A DNA stretch of 42,058 nt, from the NCBI GenBank assembly GCA_013152815.1, contig JAADFO010000020.1, positions 1-42,058 of the forward strand, written 5' to 3'. The stretch is from Nanobdellati archaeon (lineage in GTDB: Archaea > Nanobdellota > Nanobdellia > Woesearchaeales > JAADFO01). The notes under the pieces are model-generated. The model was not told the DNA's origin. It did no database searches and saw only the letters and a list, made by a program, of their open reading frames with translations. The position numbers and the translations under genes were made by a program. Shown one piece after another: positions 35,869 through 42,058 of the stretch (the first letter of the stretch is position 1; every line of letters begins with the position of its first letter).

Positions 35869-37092
35869 CTATTTCTCTCTCAGCAAAGCAGTATCCTCAA
35901 GCATGCGCATGAGCAAGTCAACCTCCTCCTTCGTGTTGTAGAGGTAGAAGGAGACTCTTGCCGTCCCCGGGACGCCCAGGACATCATGCAGCGGCTGGGC
36001 GCAGTGATGGCCGGTCCTCAACGCCATCCCTCTGGTAGCTGCGAAGGAAGCGATGTCGAAGGGACTGATGCCCTCCATGACGAAAGAGATGACCCCTGTC
36101 CTGTCCTCTGCCTTCTCCGGACCGAATATCTTCATCCCTCCGATGCCGTCGAGCTGCTCCATCGCGTATCCTGTCAGCGCGACCTCATGTTCCCTCACCG
36201 CATCCATGCCGACCGTCCTGAGGTAATCGACAGCAGCACCAAAGCCAGCGACGCCTGCCATGTTTGGAGTACCCGCCTCGAACCGGTGGGGAGGCTGCTG
36301 GAAGGTCATCTTCTCCAGCGTGACCTTCTCGATCATCTCGCCACCGCCCTGATAGACCGGCAGCTCCCTGAGCAGCTCTTCCTTCCCGTACAATGCGCCC
36401 ACGCCGGAAGGGCCGAGCATCTTATGGGCAGAGAAGGCATAGAAGTCTGCATCAAGCTTTTTTACATCGACGGAAAAGTGAGGCACAGATTGTGCTCCGT
36501 CGACGACAAAGACGGCACCGGCATCGTGGACGATCTCTCCCGCGGCCCTGACATCGACGATGGTCCCCAACACGTTTGATGCGTGCGTCAGGGAGACTAT
36601 CCTTGTCTTCGACGAGAGTGACTTCTTAAGCTGTTCCAGGTCGAGCTTCTCCTCGTCGATGAGAGGGACATACTTCACCTTCACTCCCCTGCTCTCCAGC
36701 AGCCGCCAGGGGATCATGTTGGAATGATGCTCCATGACAGAAAGGACGATCTCATCACCCTGCTGCAGGCCTTTCCCCAGAGAAGAAGCGAGCAGGTTCA
36801 ATGATTCAGTGGTGTTGCGGGTGAAGACAAGTTCCTGTGGCTCTGCGGTGATGAACGAAGCGACCTTCTCTCTCGATTGTTCATACAGGGCGGTCGACTC
36901 CCGGGCAAGGCCATAGACGCCCCGATGGACATTGGCGTTGTGATTGCGATAATAATCAGAGACCGCGTCGATGACCTGCTTCGGTTTCTGGGTGGTTGCC
37001 GCGTTGTCGAGGTAGATCAATGGTTTGCCATCGAAGGTACGCGACAGCAGCGGGAAATCCTCCCTGAGAGAGGCAGCATCAAGCACGGGCAT
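35869..37092 (-). CDS. sufS: Cysteine desulfurase SufS
   Basis: YLDNAATTQKP, EHHSN, DGAQS, SAHKMLGP, RTGHHCAQP. Confidence 0.97.
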   Translation of the reverse strand: MPVLDAASLREDFPLLSRTFDGKPLIYLDNAATTQKPKQVIDAVSDYYRNHNANVHRGVYGLARESTALYEQSREKVASFITAEPQELVFTRNTTESLNLLASSLGKGLQQGDEIVLSVMEHHSNMIPWRLLESRGVKVKYVPLIDEEKLDLEQLKKSLSSKTRIVSLTHASNVLGTIVDVRAAGEIVHDAGAVFVVDGAQSVPHFSVDVKKLDADFYAFSAHKMLGPSGVGALYGKEELLRELPVYQGGGEMIEKVTLEKMTFQQPPHRFEAGTPNMAGVAGFGAAVDYLRTVGMDAVREHEVALTGYAMEQLDGIGGMKIFGPEKAEDRTGVISFVMEGISPFDIASFAATRGMALRTGHHCAQPLHDVLGVPGTARVSFYLYNTKEEVDLLMRMLEDTALLREK

Positions 37093-38299
37093 CACCTAGG
37101 CGTTGCAGGATCATCTTCCTGAACCGTTCCTGCACATCCTTCTCAGGGATGGTGCCGACGAGCTGGTCGAAGAAACCCATCACCAGGAGGGATGACGCTT
37201 CTGCGGCAGAAAGGCCGCGGCTCATCATGTAAAAAAGTTCATCCTCGTCGACCATGCCGATGGTCGAGCCATGGGATGCCTGGACATCGTCGGCATCGAT
37301 CTCCAGCGACGGGATGGAGAAGCTGTGCGCCTCTGGACTGAGATTCAACGTCTTGTCGTCAAGGAACGATGAGGTGTCCCGGGCCTTCTTGTCGATGACG
37401 ATCCGCCCCTGGAAGATAGAGGATGCTCTGCCTGTCAGCACACCCCTGTTCTTGATGTCTCCTCCGGTGTGCGGCACCCGATGAAGCGCCTCGCTGAGCA
37501 GCTGGACCTGCTCCCTGCCCTTGGCGAAGAAGACGCTCTTCAGGCTGCCCTCTGCACCGGGACTGCTGAAGATCATCCGGGATTTCCCCCGCACCTTGCC
37601 CCGGGGGAACCAGCCTTCATACCATCGCAGACGAGCATCGACCCCCAAAGACACCGACCGATAGGCAAAGCTATGGGTATCTTCGGCGTCATGCTGGAGC
37701 GTGAAGAAGTCGACCTGGGCAGCCTCTCCTGCGATCATCTCAAGGAACACGGTGTTGAACGGCCCGGAAAGATCCGATTCGAAAAGAATCGATGCGTGAA
37801 CATGATCCCCCACGTCCAAGAAAAGATGGACAAAGGCGTTCTCTGCAGCACGTGCAGGGTCCCTGGCCCTGAGCAGGATGTGCAACGGCCTGTCGAAGGT
37901 TGCATCATCATCCAGCTTCACATAGATGCTGTCGTTGAGGAAAGCATAATGGAGGGAGGTCAGCTTATCGGTCGGAGGGATGATCCTTCCGAAATGTTGT
38001 GAAACGCTGTTCTTTTCCTTGATGGCACGGGCAAGCGGCATCAGGGATACCGAAGCAGGAAGAGCAGAACCGTCCAGCAGAGCAATCTCGATGAAATCAC
38101 CGGTCTTTGTCCAGACGAGGGGGGACAGGTCGAGCTCCTGGATACGGGTATATCGCCATTCCTGGATCCTGTCGTCGGGAAGCGGCAGACGATGGAAATC
38201 CAAGAACGCTTTTTTCCTCAGGTTTGTCAGGAGCTCTGGCTCATCCCTGTCCTTCGAGAAGGACACCAGCTGTTCTTGGGACACGTCGAGGAGCCTCAT
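37079..38299 (-). CDS. sufD: Fe-S assembly protein SufD
   Basis: [25 protein letters not shown]. Confidence 0.93.
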   Translation of the reverse strand: MRLLDVSQEQLVSFSKDRDEPELLTNLRKKAFLDFHRLPLPDDRIQEWRYTRIQELDLSPLVWTKTGDFIEIALLDGSALPASVSLMPLARAIKEKNSVSQHFGRIIPPTDKLTSLHYAFLNDSIYVKLDDDATFDRPLHILLRARDPARAAENAFVHLFLDVGDHVHASILFESDLSGPFNTVFLEMIAGEAAQVDFFTLQHDAEDTHSFAYRSVSLGVDARLRWYEGWFPRGKVRGKSRMIFSSPGAEGSLKSVFFAKGREQVQLLSEALHRVPHTGGDIKNRGVLTGRASSIFQGRIVIDKKARDTSSFLDDKTLNLSPEAHSFSIPSLEIDADDVQASHGSTIGMVDEDELFYMMSRGLSAAEASSLLVMGFFDQLVGTIPEKDVQERFRKMILQRLGDARA

Positions 38300-39699
38300 C
38301 CTACGCTGCCCTCCATCTCCAGTTGGATGAGCCGGTTGAGTTCCACCGCATATTCGAACGGCAGTTCCTTGGTGAAGGGCTCGAAGAACCCTGAGACGAT
38401 GAGCGAGAGGGCATCTTCCCTGGAAAGTCCCCTGCTCATCAGGTAGAAGAGGTCATCGTCAGAGATCTTTCCGACAGAGGCCTCATGGCCGATGCTTACC
38501 CTGTCGTTGGCTATGTCCATAGAGGGCAGGGTATCTGAGCTGGATTCAGGGTCGAGGATGAGGGCATCACAGTTTACCGATGCGGTGACGTTTTTCGCGT
38601 CCTTTGACACTTTGACCAACCCCCGATAGACGGTCTTCCCCCCGTCGAGGGAGATGGACTTGTTCGTTATCTTGGAGGAGGTGTTCGGGGCGAGATGGAT
38701 GACCTTGGCGCCTGCATCCTGATGCTGGCCTTTTCCTGCGAGGGCGATGGAGAGTATCTCTGCGCTCGCGCCTTCCCCGACCATCACGACGGCAGGATAC
38801 TTCATGGTGAGCCTGCTCCCCAGATTGCCGTCTACCCATTCCACCTTGGCTCCCTGGTGGGCGATGGCCCGCTGGGTGACCAGGTTGTAGACATTGGTGG
38901 ACCAGTTCTGGATGGTGGTGTAGCGGATGTATGCATCTTTATGGGCGATGAGCTCGACGACGCCGGCATGGAGCGAAGCGGTGGAATAGTTCGGGGCAGT
39001 GCAGCCTTCTATATACTGGACCGAGGCACCTTCCCCGGCGATGATGAGCGTTCTTTCGAACTGGCCCATGTTCTGGGCGTTGATGCGGAAATAGGCCTGC
39101 AACGGGAAATCTATCTTCACCCCTTTGGGCACATAGACGAAGGACCCGCCGGACCATACAGATGAGTTGAGGGCTGCGAGCTTGTTGTCGTCCGGCGGCA
39201 CCACGGTGGCGAAGTATTTCCTGAACAGGTCGGGGTGCTTCTTGAGTGCCGTGTCGATGTCGCAGAAGATGACGCCCTTGTCCTCCAGCTCTTTCTTGGT
39301 CTTGTGGTATATCATCTCAGAATCGTACTGGGCACCGACGCCTGCCAGGAATTTACGCTCTGCCTCGGGAACGCCAAGACGCTCGAAGGTCTCCAGGATA
39401 TCCGGCGGCACGTCCTTCCAGTCGTCTGCTATCTTGTCTGTGGGCTTGAGATAATAGGTCAGCCTGGAGAAATCGATGGAGGAAAGGTCAGCACCCCAGG
39501 CAGGAAGAGGACGTCGCAGGAACTCTTTCAACGAACTGAGCCTGAAGTCAAGCATCCATGACGGCTCTTTCTTGAAGGCAGAGATCTCCCGGACGATCTC
39601 TTCTGTGATGCCTGGTCCTGTACGAGCGACGTGATGCTCTTGCTTGGAGAAGCCGTACTTCGTCGCATCGTTCCTGAACAGGGATTTCTTGACCGCCAT
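38296..39699 (-). CDS. sufB: Fe-S assembly protein SufB
   Basis: [37 protein letters not shown]. Confidence 0.97.
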   Translation of the reverse strand: MAVKKSLFRNDATKYGFSKQEHHVARTGPGITEEIVREISAFKKEPSWMLDFRLSSLKEFLRRPLPAWGADLSSIDFSRLTYYLKPTDKIADDWKDVPPDILETFERLGVPEAERKFLAGVGAQYDSEMIYHKTKKELEDKGVIFCDIDTALKKHPDLFRKYFATVVPPDDNKLAALNSSVWSGGSFVYVPKGVKIDFPLQAYFRINAQNMGQFERTLIIAGEGASVQYIEGCTAPNYSTASLHAGVVELIAHKDAYIRYTTIQNWSTNVYNLVTQRAIAHQGAKVEWVDGNLGSRLTMKYPAVVMVGEGASAEILSIALAGKGQHQDAGAKVIHLAPNTSSKITNKSISLDGGKTVYRGLVKVSKDAKNVTASVNCDALILDPESSSDTLPSMDIANDRVSIGHEASVGKISDDDLFYLMSRGLSREDALSLIVSGFFEPFTKELPFEYAVELNRLIQLEMEGSVG

Positions 39700-39759
39700 C
39701 TATGCCTCCTTGCCTATGCGTCCTATGATCTCTATGTGTCCTGTGTGTCCTATGGATCT

Positions 39760-40506
39760 CTATGCTTCCTGCAACCAGCCGTATCCTTCCTTCTCAAGAC
39801 GTTCGGCAAGGTCCTTCCCGCCGGACGTCACAATCCTGCCGTCGACCATGACGTGGACCTTGTCAGGGGTGATGTATCTGAGGATCCGCTGGTAGTGGGT
39901 GATGAGGAGCATGCCGGTCTTCTCGTCCGCCACCTTGCTGATGCCCTCGGCGACGATACGCAGCGCGTCGATGTCAAGACCGGAATCGGTCTCGTCGAGG
40001 ATGGCGATCTTCGGCTTGAGCATGGCCATCTGGAGTATCTCTGAACGCTTCTTCTCTCCTCCTGAGAAGCCCTCATTGAGGAATCTCGCACGGAAGCTCT
40101 TGTCGATGTCGAGCAGCTTCATCTTCCTGTCAAGGAGCGCCATGAACTCCTTGAGATCAAGCTTCTGCCCCTTTTTGAGCCGGGCCTGCAGGGCCTGACG
40201 GAGGAAGCTCGACACGGTGACACCGGAGACGGTGCGAGGATACTGGAACGATAAGAACAGTCCGTCCCTGGCGCGCTCATCAGGAGCCAAAGGAAGCACA
40301 TCCTTTCCGCCCAGGGTGATGGATCCTCCGGTAACCTTGTACTTGGGATGGCCCATGATGGTGAAGGCAAGGGTGCTCTTCCCAGAACCGTTGGGACCCA
40401 TCAGTGCATGGATCTCGCCCTGCGGGATCTCAAGAGAGATGCCCCTGAGTATCTCCTTGTCTCCAACAGAGACCTTCAGATCCTTTATGGATAATGTCTT
40501 TTCCAT
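39760..40506 (-). CDS. sufC: Fe-S assembly ATPase SufC
   Basis: GPNGSGKST, FQYP, NEGFSGGEKKR, DETDSGLD, ITHY. Confidence 0.97.
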   Translation of the reverse strand: MEKTLSIKDLKVSVGDKEILRGISLEIPQGEIHALMGPNGSGKSTLAFTIMGHPKYKVTGGSITLGGKDVLPLAPDERARDGLFLSFQYPRTVSGVTVSSFLRQALQARLKKGQKLDLKEFMALLDRKMKLLDIDKSFRARFLNEGFSGGEKKRSEILQMAMLKPKIAILDETDSGLDIDALRIVAEGISKVADEKTGMLLITHYQRILRYITPDKVHVMVDGRIVTSGGKDLAERLEKEGYGWLQEA

Positions 40507-40672
40507 GAGCGCGGATATCCCCCACGACAACAGCCTATACAATATAACGGGACCAATGATACTTTATATGTGTTGTCGTGTCTGCTCCGGTCTGCTTCAG
40601 AGGAGGACAGCAGGAACGGCAGGAGCGACAAAGACAGTAACTTATATAAATCCTTCTTCAGGGAAGAGCCCT

Positions 40673-41219
40673 ATGAACCTGTCTGCTTATATCCCTGCCA
40701 TCATCATCTCCTGGGCAGGAATCCTTGTCGGCATGCTTCTCATCCATATAGCTCCGGAAGAGCGAACAGGCCTGGAAAAGGCGCTTATCATCATGAGGAA
40801 GGCGATGGTCGTCATCATCGTCGTAATCCTTGGATATTCTGGCGAACAATACGGGTTTTTCATCCGGCTCTGACCAGGTCAGCACCATCCTGGGGATCCT
40901 GATCCTCTTCGCTTTCATCGTGTCGTTCCTGAGACCGCATAGCAGACCCCTGTTCTACGGACTCCTGGGAGGGGCTGCGGCGACAGTGCAGGAACCCTTC
41001 AGGGGCATGCTCCTCCTGAGCATCTTCATCTACGGACTCCCTGACGGGACATTGATCATGGATACCAAGGAAGCGAGAAAGCTCGAAGAGAAGCCGTGGA
41101 AGGAAAGGGCACATTCTTTCTTTGCCCAGAGCAAGAAGCTCATCAATCCTACCATCAGCTATCCCTTGGCTGCCCTTTTGCTAAAGCTCCTTCTTCAGGA
41201 AATCCAGGCTCTCCTCTGA
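40673..41219 (+). pseudogene. Membrane protein gene split by a +1 frameshift near 40853-40860
   Basis: TATA at 40642-40650; hydrophobic ORF from ATG 40673 stops at 40873; hydrophobic continuation in the +1 frame to 41219. Confidence 0.6.
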
Positions 41220-41942
41220 ATCCCGTTCTATAGCATAGGTAAGATGGGAAAGCTCCTGCTCTGCTTCTTTGACCTCCCTCAAGAAGAGGATCTTGAGGCG
41301 CTGCCTGAAGAGGTAGAAGGTGCCGAACAGGGTCATCAGGACTGTCAGGAGTATCATGAGGGGACTGCCGAATTCTGTGGACATGCTCTCACCCAGCATA
41401 TTGAGGATGATGAACTGAGGAAGGAAACCGAGGAACGTCGTCCAGGTGTAGGTCCAGTATGATATCTTGGTGAGCCCCAGGAAGAATGAGACCGCATCAT
41501 TGGGAAAGAAAGGGATCAGCCGGACAAGGATGATGGGAACAGGGCCCTGGCGCCGAAAGAACCTGTCCAGATGACGCATCTCCTTCTCCTTGATGAAGGA
41601 TTCAGCCAGGGAACGCCCATACTTCCTTGTCAGCCAGAAGACGATGAGAGAACCGACCATGGTGCCGATGGTATTATAGATGGTCCCAAACCACGCACCG
41701 AAGACATAGCCGCCTGCGATGGACAGCGCCTGCCCGGGGATGGCCGAGATGATGACCTGGATTATCTGGAGAAGCATGTAGACGAACGGAGAGAGGATAC
41801 CGAACTGGAGGAGCCACGCCCGTATCCGGGCAGGATGGGTGAAGAACCCCTCTGCCGGACTGAGGAAGAGATAAGAAAGCAGCATAAGCCCTATCAGGAC
41901 GACAAAGATCGTGAGAAACCGTCGGTTATGGGATTTTTCCAT
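41181..41942 (-). CDS. TVP38/TMEM64 (DedA/VTT) membrane protein; may extend upstream through the repeat
   Basis: LQ..Q...IPG...AGG..FG...G; RLIPFFP.D..S...G; T..G..P. Confidence 0.92.
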   Translation of the reverse strand: MEKSHNRRFLTIFVVLIGLMLLSYLFLSPAEGFFTHPARIRAWLLQFGILSPFVYMLLQIIQVIISAIPGQALSIAGGYVFGAWFGTIYNTIGTMVGSLIVFWLTRKYGRSLAESFIKEKEMRHLDRFFRRQGPVPIILVRLIPFFPNDAVSFFLGLTKISYWTYTWTTFLGFLPQFIILNMLGESMSTEFGSPLMILLTVLMTLFGTFYLFRQRLKILFLREVKEAEQELSHLTYAIERDSEESLDFLKKEL

Positions 41943-41971
41943 GGTTGCACCCGTCTCGTCTGCTCGTTCTT

Positions 41972-42058
41972 TCACTTGTTCTCTCACTTGTTCTCTCACT
42001 TGTTCTCTCACTTGTTCTCTCACTTGTTCTCTCACTTGTTCTCTCACTTGTTCTCTCA
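41972..42058. repeat. Perfect 12-bp tandem repeat TCACTTGTTCTC, at least 7 copies, running off the window end
   Basis: Read directly; reads (REQV)n in frame with the DedA ORF. Confidence 0.97.

Overview
A 42 kb chromosomal fragment from an archaeon. Evidence: S13e-type uS15, single-module ZPR1, XPD helicase, a BHB-intron tRNA, and TATA boxes about 25-30 nt upstream of many apparently leaderless genes. The gene style suggests DPANN, probably Woesearchaeota (inference). From left to right it holds: a bacterial-type metK; a nested palindromic non-coding element; an MNT/HEPN pair; a clan GH-A domain fused behind a helical leader; a ~12 kb polysaccharide locus (ParB-like protein, Wzx flippase, GT2, large membrane protein, CE4 deacetylase, 2x GT4, epimerase, GH39-like hydrolase, split DUF1616); ZPR1, an NSS transporter and an HD protein; a group 3b [NiFe] hydrogenase operon with protease, EamA and DUF6390-like genes plus convergent hypA/hypC; XPD; a wHTH regulator; rps15 with a structured leader; tRNA-Ile(GAT) with a 30/31 intron; a Dph2 fragment, rpiB and a DHH nuclease; a type II pantothenate kinase; sufCBDS; a frameshifted membrane gene; and a DedA gene ending in a 12-bp tandem repeat. 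The leading candidates for new biology are (1) two TATA-driven, ORF-less hairpin/U-tract units that share a CCCCCCUC loop (possible anti-SD-like sRNA family with candidate targets in this window), (2) a His-less HypC next to a DUF6390-like protein with a HypC-like tail, (3) the nested palindrome element, and (4) a candidate S15 leader RNA. All family calls are from motif recognition by eye. No searches were run.
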